This document shows, piece after piece, positions 12,201 to 27,200 of a stretch of 64,000 nt of DNA. The DNA is from Phoronis australis. Lineage: Eukaryota > Animalia > Phoronida. Numbering within the stretch: the stretch's first letter is position 1; each line of letters begins with the position of its first letter. The DNA is taken from the NCBI GenBank assembly GCA_002633005.1, contig NMRA01000086.1:124001-188000 (forward strand), in the 5' to 3' direction. The notes under the pieces were generated by a model. It was not told where the DNA came from. It ran no database searches and saw only the letters and a list, made by a program, of their open reading frames with translations. Position numbers and translations under genes: made by a program.

Positions 12201-15200
12201 GCGGTTAACCGAGCAGTGGGCGGTTAAATCGAAATTCACCTAAAGTAGGGGGTGGGCGGTTAACTGAGCATGGGCGTTAACCCGAACGATTACGGTATTG
12301 TAACTTACATCATGGTAATCGGAGAAAATGGCGATGTCGCCAATTAGTTTTGTCAAAATATAGTAACTTATCGTCATTGGGACATTTGCAGGCGAGGAGG
12401 TCCCACAGGCCGCCAGTAGACATGTAGATGAACTGCATAGTCATGAAGATGAGTATGGAGCCAAGGACTACCGGTCACTGCTGCAGCTTAAATTAGACCA
12501 TAGGGCTCGTCCACTCTGGGTGGTCAGTACTAGAGATAGGAATCATCCAATGGTTCCAGTTGATTCTCGCTACCAACATTACTGGTTGTGTGAAACTGGA
12601 TGCTTGTTGGGGCAAATTAAGCATACTTCATATTTTAGAGTTTTAAATGTCAGCCTCAGAGGGCACACCATGTGGCAAAACAATTCTCTTTGTTGCGGCA
12701 GAGCAATGCACACTTACGTTGTCAACATGAATGCGTTATTTTTCCCAAAAAGGAATTTGTAATCATCCCTCTTAATGATACACATGGGTATCCGTTGTGT
12801 CACCAAACTGCATATTTTATGTGCAGAAATCATGGCCCACGACTAGACAATGTTCAGTATAAACACATCCCCACCATTGTTCTGATGAGGTCATAAAATA
12901 TGTTCCTGGGCTGTTAAATCGAATTGGGGATTTTACTGTCATATAATCAGTCTTGTAATATTCCATGTTATGATAGGATTCCATTCCCATTACTTACAAG
13001 ACTATCGAAGCCATCAGCAACCCATGAAAACACTTTATTTTATTGGTTTGGCTAACTCTAAATTGCAAATTCGGAAATAGTGCATGTGCGCTTATCTCTG
13101 ATTTGATTTGGTTACGAAATAGATTCCCATCTCTGTGAGGAATATCCGACTTAAAAATTCAGTTCTATTTTGTATTTAGCTAGCTAAATGGAGCGAATTG
13201 CAGCTTTAAAAATTGGGGGTTCCCAACCGTTACTGAACAGTCCTGGTTAATTAGGCGTATGGTTTGCATAAGGCTGATGAACTGTTATACTGCTAAATAC
13301 ATTATTAGTTCCCTTGTGGCAGTGCATTCAAATATTACATCAAAACTAGATTTTGCATAATGTCTTGTTTACAGGCTCCTGATGGTCACATATTTTTGGA
13401 ATCGTTCTCCCCTGTCTACAAGCACGCGCACGACTTCCTCATAGCAATTTCAGAGGTAAGTACTTTCTTCTGACATGTGTTTTGTGAATGCTTCATCTTC
13501 TACGTGTGGTGCCACATGAGTTTTTTTGTATTAAACGTGACTCGTACTGCTGCAAGTGTTTGTAATCTTTGTCACTGTTAGTAGCACCTATATTAGTGCA
13601 ACAATGAACTTAATACTACTATAAAAGTTTACCGGAATTTGTTTTATGCATGTTTTTAGACATCAGGAATTTAGTTAAGCTGGATATACTGAGATAACGG
13701 GATTGAACTGTTGGATCTCACTTGTGTTTAAATCAAGTGGCAAAAAATATGTTGAAGCATATCGCATGCTCAAAGCAGTCTCATGTTTTTTATTTTTTGC
13801 CATGTGATTCATGAGACTGCTCCCACACTTTCAAACAAGAGAGATTATAACACTTGGTACAGCTGAGTACTAATTGGCTTGCTTTGCGGAAATTGGCCTA
13901 ACTTTTAGGCAATACTGGAATTCATTATTTTGTGGTGCTTGTTTGCAGCCAGTTTGCCGACCAGAACACATCCACGAGTACCGTCTGACAGCTTACTCAC
14001 TCTATGCCGCAGTGTCTGTGGGTCTACAAACCAACGACATCATAGAGTATCTCAAAAGACTTAGCAAGACCACCATTCCAGACGGAATACAAGAGTTTAT
14101 CAAGGTGGGCCTGAAGTGCAGTTTGTTGTAGGACAGTTAACCCTTTACTTTTACTCATTCAGGGTGTCAAATTTCTGATTTTACTCAATCAAAATGTCAA
14201 ATGTCTGAATATCCTCACTCATGCAGGGATGTAAAGCCATTTCACCATGGTTGAAGTTCTTGGCATTAGAGGCATCAGCTTTTGATTGCTGCCATGTCTT
14301 GCACTTTCGAAAGGTATAGTTATGCTTACCGTATGCTTTCAAACACTCAGGTCCAGTGAACCCAAATTCCAAAATCTTTATAATCCATTTCTACTTTTTA
14401 AGGTGTGTGAAAACAGTTGAGAAATTACTCTTGCTCAAAACAACACAAAACCATACTGTTAAAGTGAGGGAAATCTGGTGGTAGTTTTATCAATAGAAAA
14501 CAAGGGAAGATAACCAAGAAATGTGGTGGTTTTCATTTCTTTAGTCTATTTCTTGCAACTTTTCAAAATTGCACCCAAGATGTTGTATGCATAAGCTCAA
14601 TGTGCTTCTCACTTATCTTAACTGTGTCAAATGATGCCAAAACTTTGTCTCGGGTGAACAGTGGTGGTTTGCTACAATTCGCCGTTCATGGATGGCATTG
14701 CAAAGCCAAAGCTGAAAATAAAAGACACTTGTCCAACATTTGACACTTTCAATATGTTTTAGTGATTGACATAACTTCATCAAAGGCACCAATGTATTGA
14801 TGTATTGCAGCCATTGAATTGCATTGTTCATCGTGTTTATTTCAGCTGTGTACTCTGAGCTACGGCAAGGTGAAGTTAGTGCTGAAACACAACAAATACT
14901 TTGTGGAAAGCCAGTTTCCTGTAAGTGGTCTACATTAGTTCAGCATAGCATTGTCAACCTTGTAATGTTTGAACCAAATTCTTTATTAAAGGCTGTACTG
15001 AGAGTCCATTGTTTTGTTATCTAATTCTATCATCCTGTTACATAGAAACGAGGCATTACTGGAAGTTCGTTTCCTCATGCTGAGGAGCACGTAAGTGCAG
15101 TACTTGCTAAAAGTAATCGTACAAAATGCAGTTTCTCTGTAATGATGGGTCGTGACTTGCCATGAACTTGCATCAAACTTTTGTCCTTTTAACGCTGTGA

Positions 15201-18200
15201 TGACTTAAAGTAAGTCCTATCATGATGATCAACCAAATGATAGATTTGAAGTAGACACCTTTTGATGCACAAATGCTGTCATTATTAAAGTTAAGGGGCT
15301 ACAAGTAGCTGTTGCAGTCACAATTTCAACCACTGAATAACTTTTCTTAGTATTTCTTGTAATATTGACTCGGGGCTGTTCCAGTAAAATCCGTGTGGGA
15401 GGGGGGGGGACGGCAGTAGAAATAAAAATTCATGGGTGGTGGTCTTCAGAAAAAAACTCAAATTATGGGTGGTCGTTCCTGTAAGAAGTGATGCATTAAA
15501 AATGGGTGGTATTTTTTGACCTGTTAATGTTGACAGGTTGGTTACTTCAGCCGAACACATCTCCAAAGAAATCAAAACTCAAAAAAATGCAATTGGCTAA
15601 TATCCTAACTTATCCCAATACAAAAAAGCCCATGTTGCCAGTGAACAGAGTGCAATATGTTCACTAAGCCATTAATCAAGTCATGGGCAACTTGATTTGA
15701 GCCAATTGTTTGTCTGCAGTCCTATTGAATTGAAAAGTTATGCAACACTAAACTGGTGTTAACACATATAAGAAAATTGATGATTTTTAAATAAAAAGTA
15801 TGAGGAGTAAGATAAACAAGTTCCAATATTCACTTGACATAGAAGTATAAAAGAGTTCGTGGAGACAGTTTGAGATTCATAGATCCTTATAATTGAAAAA
15901 ATGTTCATTGAAATTATAGACACATGGTGAACAGAGACACCTGGTGGCTGCCAAAAGTATTGTTCACAGGCTACTTTAATTTTTGACAATGTTGGACAAG
16001 ACAACTAGTTCTTGTCTGTCAATCATCTAAGTTCTTAACAGGTCCTCCTGGAGGCAATTTGTTTGCAAGTGTTGGATTTTATATTTTAACCTATTAAAAA
16101 TAATTAAAAAATTATGGGTCATGGGTTGGAGAAATAAATGAAAAATATGGGCGGTGGGTACGAAATAAAAGTGCCTTCCCCCCCTCCCATACAGATTTTG
16201 CTGGAACAGCCCTCAACTTATCTCTGTGGTTACAGGAGGTCATACAGAGGTTACTGAAGGATCCAGTTATACAGCAGTGTCGCCTAAGACATGAAGTGGA
16301 TGAAGAGGAAGAAGATCTTATTGAATCTCAAGTCTCTCACAAGACTGCACTGAAGGTAGACCCACGATTAGATTTAAAGAGTTCCCACCATGTCATGCAT
16401 TTTCTTAATTTTTGAGGTTTCAGTTAGTTAATAGACCTAATTCATGCGGCAGACATTAAAATCCAAAGCGAGGCGCACTGCGATAAACAAAGTGGAAGTT
16501 GACATTGCGTTCGAGCTATGCCGGAATACAACTATATGATAAGCCAACAGAGCCTCATTTTGGAACGTGCCTCTTGTCGGCGTGAATTAGGTCTATATGA
16601 AATGAATGCACGCATTAAAATGAAAAGGTATGCTGTTAATTACTGATTTTGAAAAAGCAAATCTTGTAAGCTTGTTTTTTATGTTTAGCTAAACAAACCA
16701 GGCCCGTCAAAAGCATCAGATGACCCCACAGCTCCCCCTGGTGATGGGGAGGGGACACAAGAGACGGAGTCGACAGTACCAGAAGACATATTTAACTACT
16801 ACGAGAAAATTGATAAAGAGGATGAGGAAGGAGAAGATTTAAAAACCGTGTCATTTGAGGTCAATCAAGAACAAATCGAGGTTCTGCAAAAAAGGTGAGT
16901 GTTGCAAAGCACTGTGGGAATTTTTTTTGACTTCTGGTTCAACTGTTCATTTGCTGGTAACATCTGATAGGATGCATGCAATGTTACTGACTAAGTATTG
17001 GATGTTAACTTTACGTCGATTTCAAATATGAGACGCCGAATGTGATGGTTTGTATGCTATTTGGTGCATAATTTAGAACGGACTGTTAATAGCATTTTGC
17101 ACCTGCTCAGTGACGTGTATATTTAGGCCCACATGTGAAGCTGTGCCTGTATCTGGAATAAAAACACAACTAAAGTAGTATGAAGCTGTGTCTTGTCCCA
17201 TTTAGCTGCTTAAAAAATAAGATCGATTTAGACCTTTTACTCTCATAAAATTGGTTTCATAGTATTCCTTACTGTGATAAGGCTCCACTTCTGTTACCAA
17301 CCAGAACATCTAAGCCATCAGTGACTTGAGAAAATGTTTCAGATTTCATCGGGGTTTGCAAACCCCAAAATTGCGTATTTGAAAATGGCTCATGTATGCA
17401 TGGCTTAATACTTGAATCTGCCAGCTCATTCAGCAATAATTCAAGGTTGGATGAATGCGGTAAATGTTTTTAAAGCCCAAAGTGATCCAGGGTCAAATTA
17501 TATACTATGTAAAATTTTGTTGCCTAAGTTCATTTTTGCTTTGTATATTTGGCAGCTGTTACCTCGAATGGGTGTTTAAGATAGTGCATCTTTTCGAATA
17601 TATGAGAATATTATAAGAAGAGTCTGAAACAATCATTTGCTTTATAGGAAATTTGCTGCCAACATACACAAAAGTTAGCATAATTACTGACACGTACAGT
17701 TCATTCTCCGATATGGCTAGTGCACTAAATGTATTCCACTAATACGACACATCACTTTGTTCATTACTAGATTGCATCTAATGAATGCCAACCCCACCTT
17801 GTTTCAGGTGCATTGAATTGGAATACCCACTGCTTGCTGAATATGACTTCAGGAATGACACAGTTAATCCAGATTTAAGGTGAGCTTGCAGTCCTCTTGG
17901 GGATATCCAAACTGATTTAACCATAATTAAAGTGCCTTTTAACCAGCGTTGCTTCCAAAACACGATTCAAGTGCACTTTTGGTTTAAACCACAAATACAC
18001 ATGAATTGGTATCAAAATGTTCTTTACTCAGTTTGTGATTCCGTGGGACCATGCTTGGTGCATAGAATGACTGGCAGTGACTAACCATTTTGTAGAGCCT
18101 GGTTTTTTTGAGCAATAATGAATTGGCAATTCTTTGCAAGCCCAGACGGGTTTCATTAATGGTAATTGGTCTAAACCAAAGATGTATTTGTAATGGAAGA

Positions 18201-21200
18201 CAGGTTCATATCCGCTTTAAATTTATTGTTTTGTAAGCCCCATGTGATGATATTTGCGAAAACCATGGGTTTGGTTCATGTTTTTATTTTCTTTGTATTG
18301 AACGATAGCACATCTTGTGAACTGAAATTTGCTAATTATTTCAGCATTGACTTGAAGCCAAGCACCATGCTGCGTCCATATCAGGAGAAGAGTCTTCGTA
18401 AAATGTTTGGAAATGGCAGAGCTCGTTCAGGAGTGATCGTGTTGCCATGTGGTAAGGTTTGCTAAGTCTTGTGTCAAAAAATAAATATTTTGAAATAAAA
18501 AGACGAAATTTTTGTTGCAGTGTGTAAAGATGGACAAATATCAAAGGTCTGCTTGTCTTGGGTGCAGTATAAAACAGTTGTCATTAATAGTTGTAACTTT
18601 TTGTTAGACGTTCAAAACCATGTCTTGTAGTCTTTTTTGGTTTTGCAAATTTTGTGAATAAGATGGCTAAATTTCAAACTAAATCCGACTTTTGTGTAAT
18701 CATGATCTTTGATCCAGGTACAAAAAGTGCCCTAACCTTGCATTCTCCAAGAATAGTTGCAAAAAAATTAATCAGTCTCCCCAGAAAAGTGTAAAACATG
18801 GACAATCAGATGCTGTTTGTGGAAAAAATTCTTCAAAACTGAAAACCTTTAAAATCTTGTCCAGTTTCATATACCAACAATTCAAACCCATCAAAAATTA
18901 TGGTAAAAAGTATTCAACCACTTAAAGGAGCTGACCAGTCATGTCAAGTGGTACAACTCTTAAAACTCTGCACAATATGAGTCTGCTGACTCCTCTTCTC
19001 TACTCCACTCATTCTTGTGTTTGTTGCAGGTGCTGGCAAGACATTGGTTGGTGTGACCGCTGCGTGCACTGTTCGTAAACGTTGTCTTGTTCTGTGCACA
19101 TCTGGTGTCGCTGTTGAGCAGTGGAGGTCACAGGTAAGTCTTTGGTGTGGTGTCAAGCAATAGTTAAATGTTACCATATTATCTCCATCTAACAGTTACA
19201 CAATATACACCATGTCTCTGACAGAGACAAAAGTTTTCAATAATAACACACTTGAGTTTCTCCACAGTTCATAACAACTGTTGCCCTTGTTGATTCTGTA
19301 TAGTATAGGCCTCCATAGCACAATGGATGTTGTTACAGTCATCATAATAGTCTACAGTTTGACATTGATCTTTCACAGTTTCGTTTCCGCGTTCTACCCC
19401 AAACAAGATATCACTGACTTTACTAGACTGATGACCCAAAGTTGACTTTTAAAAGAGACAGTTGTCCCACGTTTGTCCAAGATGAACATATACTATGTCA
19501 CCGTGTTACTATGTCACTGATACTATGTCACTGTGATACTATATCACGGCGATGCTATATCACTGCGATACTATATCACTGCGATACTATGTCACTGCGA
19601 TACCATGTCACTGCGATACGATGTCACTGCAATACGATGTCACTGCAATACGATGTCACTGCAATACGATGTCACTGCGATACGATGTCACTGCGATACG
19701 ATGTCACTAAGATACTATGTCACTGCGATACTATGGCACTGCGATACTATGTCGCTGTGATACTGTCACTGTGATACTATGTCACTGTGATACTATGTCA
19801 CTGTGATAGTATGTCTCTGTAATACTATGTCACTGGGATACTATGTCACAGCGATACTATGTCACTGCGACACGATGTCACTGCAATACGATGTCGCTGC
19901 GATACGATGTCACTGCCATACGATGTCACTGCGATACGATGTCACTAACATACTGTCACTGCGATATTGTGTCATTGCGATACTATGGCACTGTGATACT
20001 ATGTCGCTGTGATACTGTCACTGTGATACTATGTGACTGTGATACTATGTCACTGTGATAGTATGTCTCTGTAATACTATGTCACTGGGATACTATGTCA
20101 CTGTGATACTAGACAAAGGCATCAACACTTGCTGCTGCCAAAAGCATGTAACAAACACATGTCACAATAGCGAGATAATTGAAACAAAATTAATTAGAAA
20201 GCAGTGACAACCGTTAATTAACTAATTGTGACAAACTCTGACATTGAAGGAAGACACTATGATTCAACTATATCTGACTAAAGAGTGGTATTTTGTGTAT
20301 AATGGTGTGAACATTTTTAGGTTGTCCCAAAAATCTACACTTCAAATGGTAGTAACCGTCATGTTGTTTGTTGACTTAGAAACAAGATTACTAGTTGAAC
20401 ATATCAAAAATAAAAGAAACTAAGTCTGTAAACCAAAACAAATTGTTCGTTAAATTAGGATGAAAATTGATGGCACATTGCACTTCTGAGGTTTCTGAAC
20501 TTCCACTAGGATTGCATGATAAATTTTTGTTCACCAAAACCCAGTCATTTATTTGCCTCTCCTGTGCATACAAAGCATGTGACTGCTCGTGTGACTACTT
20601 TCTCAGCTTGGTGTTAACATACAGTAGGTCCAGGTGTAGTCTCATCCACGGGACCTGAACTTGTACTCGTGTTGTTGAAGTGTGATTACATTTTTGGGGA
20701 CACTCTGTACACTCAAATATCATCCCTTAAGCCTCTGTAGTCTGATGCTTACCTTACCTTGTATAAGTATTCATTTTTACACTAAGATTCTTGTCAAGCG
20801 ACATGAAATGGTGCCATGCACTATGCAATAGTTATTGCTGTTTTGCTGTAGTTGTTATTATGTGATAGTTCAGAATGAGCTTTTGGGAGTGTGCTGTTGT
20901 GACATGCTTGCAATTCTTATTTGCTTCAGTTCAAAATGTGGTCCACCGTCGATGACAGCATGATCTGTAGATTCACCTCTGATGCCAAGGACAAACCCAT
21001 GGGTAGGCACTTGTTTTTGTTACAAACTGAAACCATTTTTCTTGTCACGCACTACTTATGCATAGTTACGCATCGTTTTCTTCTGGGCACCCTGCATTAT
21101 GTTTCTTTATTTACCACACCACTCAAACGATACTCTTGAAATCTTGTTATTTGAAAGACATGCTTCTGTCCTAGAGAGGAGAGCTATTGTTGATTTTCAG

Positions 21201-24200
21201 ATGTAAATGATTTTTGCTGTCCTTTGGTGGCTAGTGTTGGGCACCAGGTGGTGGTGCAGGAACTGCATGGAATACTAAGACAAAAAATACTGGTATAGTA
21301 ATGTCACGCAAAAATTCTCGGTGAACCAATCAATACCTTGGAAGCTAAAAGTGTGGCTGATTCCATATTTTCATTTTTATGCGCCCACGTGTTTATGGTG
21401 TTATCCTTGTCTGTCTGTCCGGCGCCGGCTGCTCTATCTCCAAAACCATTCACTCATTCAACCAATATCTTTTGTTTATGGTTGACATGAATTCTTGGTG
21501 GAATCATGTGAAAAGATTTTGTATCTTAGGGGATCTTACTGTCCTGATAAATTTATGTTTTCAACGTTTCAATTGCAGGCTGTACTATTTGTATCAGCAC
21601 TTATTCAATGATAGCACACACAACCAAGAGGTCGTGGGAGGCGGAAAAAGTGATGGAGTGGCTCCAGACTCAGGAGTGGGGACTCATGTTATTGGACGGT
21701 GAGTTATTCTTAGTGTAACAGTCACATACAGATGTCCTGCATTTTGAGAAACAGTTTTCTCAACTGCTTAACTGGCATCAAACTGGTTCTCAAAATCCAG
21801 GACCCCTGTAAGTATCTATAGGCATTATTGGAAGTCAAGTCCGCTTTTGTGGAGTTCTTAAGTGTGTTTCTTGAAGAGTGTTTAATCTTCAGGTTGAAGC
21901 CGGGTGTCAGAAATTTTGTCGAATTTACAACTTTTGTATCTTTGTCTTTCTTATTCTTTGATGTGTTTACTGTAGAGTAGATTATGGGTTAAAGTAATTA
22001 AACTTCATTTGCCTTATTGGTTATTGTCCAATTGAAATATTTCATTTAATGGGCTTAGCCAACTGAAGACAAAATTTTTGTTTGAAGACAAATGCCTTAA
22101 GTCTTCAAGAAAAAGTGTTTTTTAATCTGCCCATAATTTTTCAACAAGTGAGGTCTGGTATTTTCTGTGCTTTAAATCCACATTTATCCAACGATGTGTG
22201 ACCAATGTTGACCTGTAATTGTTGCTGGACATGGAGCAGTCCTCTTAGAAATGTGACTTGCACCTTTCATTGCTGGAATGATGATTTTGGGACTGACATC
22301 TTTCTATTTCAAAATGGAGAAAGGTGCTTTAAGCTTGCTCAGTTGGTTTGTACATATTGTAACTCTTTAACTTTAATATCTTCTGCAGGTTGAAGCCATG
22401 TTGTTTATTGTGCATTTGTTTGTCACAATGGGAACACAGTGGAAACACTAATGAAGTATTGCTGAATCTCAGATGATTTGCATATAAATCAGTTTATGTT
22501 TTTGTCTTCAAACAGTTTCATCAGGATGGTGAATAACAATTAACATACGGGGAAATTCCATTTTTCCATCCAAAAAGCGTTTTAAAACTACCTGCAGAAT
22601 TTTCGACATCTGGCTTTCCTGATGTCTTCTGCAATACATACTAGGTGGCGCTGTACACAGGATGCTGTTGAATGTTGCGCTGAGTTTGTTGAAGTTGCTG
22701 TAAACCTGTTATGTTCTTTCTACTCCAAAATGTTGTGCATTTCATTGTAAACCACACAGAAGGAAAATCACACTGGCAAGTTTATTCACTGAATGCTACT
22801 GGCATGTCTTCAATTGAAAAAAAAGTAGATAATATTGTAAATTCACCCAACACCTGAACAACACACTCTGCACATTAAGAAAAAATATTAAATATTTACA
22901 ATATCCTGTAGGTTTACTCCACGTCAAATTGATTCAACAGGATACTTGTACAAGCCCCTATTGAGCGAAACAGTTATAACAACGCCCATTAAAAATTTGC
23001 ACAAGAAAAAATTTTCATAATAACAGCCATTAAGAATGTGTGCGTATAATGACAAGAGATCAGGCTGACTAATTCTGAGATCATAAACTTCTTTTCTCTA
23101 GTTTCTTTGCTATGCAAAAATAACATAATAATTACCCAGTTTTACTCGTGTTTTGAACAATAAAGTCTTGACCAACTTGGAAAATAAAATACAACTTTAG
23201 CCTCAAAATATTCATACGCTAATTGTAAAAGCTCACCAGTTTAAGACACAATTAGCATACAAGTAGAAAAATTATGTTTTTCACTGTTTTCATGTATTAA
23301 TCGTGATTATTTATCTATCAAACAAGACAACACTGAGAAATTGTGGGTATTTGAAACAACGTCTTTCATCTGAAATTAGTGAAGTTTTACTTACAATGAA
23401 TTCTTCATCACAGATATTTAAAATAATGTCGGTCATTTAAACACTTATATATATAAATATGATTCCAGACAAATAAACCCTATAAAACCTGGTGAATGAT
23501 AGCACACCCTCTGTTTGAAACAATACTACAATATTAAAATATTATGTTAATATAATATTAGAACACATTATTGAAAAATCTTACAGCGTGTTATTAAAAT
23601 GAGCAAAAGAAACAAACAGGAACTTACAAATACAGGTTGTAAACAATGAGTAAACAGTATATATTAACAACAAGAGTAATCTCAGTACATGTTAATTTCA
23701 AGGATTGACTGTAGAGTAAAATGTAAACAGTTAACGAATAACTCAACAGTTGATAGTAACACAAGAAAAAGACAATTTATCATGCATAGTTTATGTTTTT
23801 GCATGATAACATCAACGAGTTACAGTTGAGGTATTATTGGTTAAACAATTTTTTGTGTAAGCTTTATTTGTTATTCTTTGGAATGTAGGAGCATACAATG
23901 TTACTTAAATGTCCTGACACATTCTTTTGGCACGAGTTTTCCTTACTGAGAATGATAAGAGGTCATGTTTGAAACAGGACATCATACGACATAAAATGGA
24001 GAACTTAAAGGCACCATATGATATGGTAATTATAGTGCATCAATGTTGGCATAGGTAGTCACTAGGGAAATGTGGGTTTGTGGCAGTGCTGTGGATGTGC
24101 AAGAGGTCATTAAACATATTAAGACCAGTTGCCACTACACTCAAATACTGGTTTTATCTTCACCTTCTGCTTGACTTTTGTTTTCGTCCAGTTACTGAAT

Positions 24201-27200
24201 CTTGACATTTAAGGCATCGTCAGTGGTTTATGTCTGTCCAGGCTCTACACCAGAGGTCACTGTTTTTTTCAATGAATAAAATCAACTGATTTCTTAAACC
24301 TTGAACACATGGCAATCAGTGGTAATGTCATTCTGGCCATTTAAATGCTGTCTGTTGGATCAAAGAGTTACAGACGAGGTATTATTGGTTAAACAATGTT
24401 TTTGTATAAGCTTCATTTGTTATTTTTTTGGAATGTAGCTGCATATAATGTTACCTAAATATCCCGACACATTCTCTTGGCAAGAGTTTCCTCAATGAGA
24501 ATGATCAGAGGCTGTGTTTGAAATAGGACATCATACGACATAAAATGGACAACATATGATGTGGTAATTATAGTGCATCACTGTTGGCGTAGCAAGTCAA
24601 CAAGGAAATTTGGGGTTGCGGGAGTGATGTGAATGTGTAGAAATTTACAGAGCAGCCAATTGCAGTGGGTCGTTGCCACAACACTTAAACACTGGTTTCA
24701 TCTTCGCCTTCTGTTAGACTTTTCTTTTCGTCCACTTCAACATTTAAGGCATCGTCGGCAGTTTCTGCCTCTCCACCTTCTACACTAGAGGTCACTTGTT
24801 TCAGGGAGTAAAATCGCCTGATTTCTGCTTGCACCTTGAGCACATGCCGATCAGAAGAAATGTCATCCAGGTCATATTTAAATACCGTCTGCAGGATGTT
24901 TGGTAGTGTTGCGGCTAGCAGTGTGGCAAGTGCCTCCCCTAGACTGGTGATAGAATCCTCACTAAACACATCAATTGTGGTTGCTATGAGGTACAGGAAG
25001 CCAGCTGTGAACAATATTTGTCCAATGGCAGGTAGCTCGTGTTTACTTAGGGGAAACAAGCTGTATAAAACATTGTAATAGAGATCTCGTGGTATGAGTG
25101 GGATGCCGTCCTTCCTGTAGACAACTAATGGATATTCTAAGGTTTCCGTTGTCTTATCATCAGCATCAAAGTTAGACTCTAGGCGTTCATTTTCTTCTTG
25201 ACAGGCATCAAATATTAGCTTCTTGTAATACAGGTATCGGATTTCAACATTGCCTAGAGTTGTATTCAGGAACTGCCATCCTGCTAGAATAATTGATAGA
25301 ATCGGCATCACTTGCAGATAATTCTTGACGGCACCTCTTACGCTATAGACAATTATGAGTCCCACAATTCGAGATGACTCAATAAACACAAACATTGCAA
25401 AAAGTAATCCCATCACAGACACCACCACTCCCAGTAAAATGCCTAGCAATTTTGCAACCTGATGGCGGCCATATTTTTTCACCAGTTGTCGCGTTGTACT
25501 TTCTTCTGGTTTTCTTAAACCTCTCGCAATCATTTCAAGCGGTAGACAATTTACCAAAGGGAAGAAGTTGAGCAAACTGAATACATAGCCAATAAACCAC
25601 AGAATCCTTACCAGTGGTTCCTTAGGGCCACATTTTTCTTGACATTTAAATAACGCCACTAAGTCTCTAAACCAGAAAGACCAAAAATTGGGGTTGATCA
25701 TCAGTGATAATCGGTGAATCATTTTCCGCTGAATCTTTTTTGGGCCTTGATCATAAGTTGTTTTTTGTCTCAGCTTGGGAGGGAGCTTGATGAATCCCAT
25801 ATAGCCATCATCTAGGGCTAGGCGATCAGTCAGCATGTACAATGGTACACCACTGGCGAAAATCACGGCGGTGACACCATAGGCCACCATGGATATGGAC
25901 CAAAACATGTAGTGTGGATTTGAAAAGAAATTTCCCGCATAGAGTTGATCGAAGCTGAATAAATTCAACAGCTGTCCCGTGATGTTCAACTTTCTCTCAA
26001 CATCCACCAAAAACATGACCTCTTCACTGTACTTGAAGTGAACAACCAACAAATAGATATACATAACAATAGGATATAACAAGATGAAGAAAAGCAGTCG
26101 TCTTATCACTCCAATCACAGCATTGTCGGAATTCATGAGTAGCAGAAACTTGAGCGGACGTGTTATTCGTACTGGAATATCTTTATTGTAAGGTATGTAC
26201 TGGATTCCCTTGTTGACTTCTGCCTTGATCGGTGATGATGTACAGGGCTCAGACCATAGGGGCTCTATCGGCGAAATTGGCTCATTGGCCTCAGACTCAT
26301 TATTTGGGTCTTTACTTTTCAATTTTGTCGGTGTTGTATCAGTTGCACCTTGTTCTTCATGTGTGCTCTGCGTTTTTACGTACTTTGGAAAGTCTACTCC
26401 ATCAAATCCTTTAATGCTTCTGCTTCGAAGTTCTAATTTGTCTAGTTTTTTGTTGGCAATGCTTTTCTTTTTTCTCAGAATGCCATTCGATTCCAGTATG
26501 AAAATCTCTTTTGGCTTGGTAAAGAGGGCAGAAAGTAACAATGGACTGAGTAAAAACACTAATATGTATACCATGATCACAAACCAGTCGTCAGTATACA
26601 ATTCTACATAGTGCCCACATTTCGGAGCCACATGAAAACTACAACAATATGGTTGCGTGTAGTAGAAGTTATGTGGGGTTTTGGCCAACTTGTGATAGCA
26701 TAATGATGAGTTTGGATATATATATGACCCTAGACTATATTGCAAAACGCTCATCAGATGTCTTATTGACTTAATTTTCATGGTACCATTACTTCTCTCA
26801 TTGCACTTAGTGGTTAAGTTCAATGTTAAGTAGCCGACATCACTCGTCAGCATGCCAAGGGAATAGAACTCAAATCGAAAATCTATCTTTAACAGTTTTA
26901 TACCTTCGCTCTTCCAAATCCAAATCCACTTTTTTTTCTCCAGGATGTCTTGAAAACGTGCTTCTGGAAAAATCACTTCATCGGGGAAGTTTAGTGTCAC
27001 ATGAACTATACTGTATTTGTTCTCAAGAATGAGATCCTGTAGAGCCTCTTCAGACTTGTTGGTTACTTTATATCGACATAACATGTTCTCAAGTTTGTAA
27101 GTAGATTCACTGTCATCTTTTACGTATTTTGAATCTTTAAACAAACCTCTACCCCTTTGGCTGTATGCCTCTCTCTGTAACTGCATCATCAGTAAAATCA

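Noticed and set aside
19442-20058. Cys/His-rich periodic ORFs; superficially CRISPR-like periodicity
   Set aside because: 16-bp minisatellite with no spacers, in a eukaryotic intron
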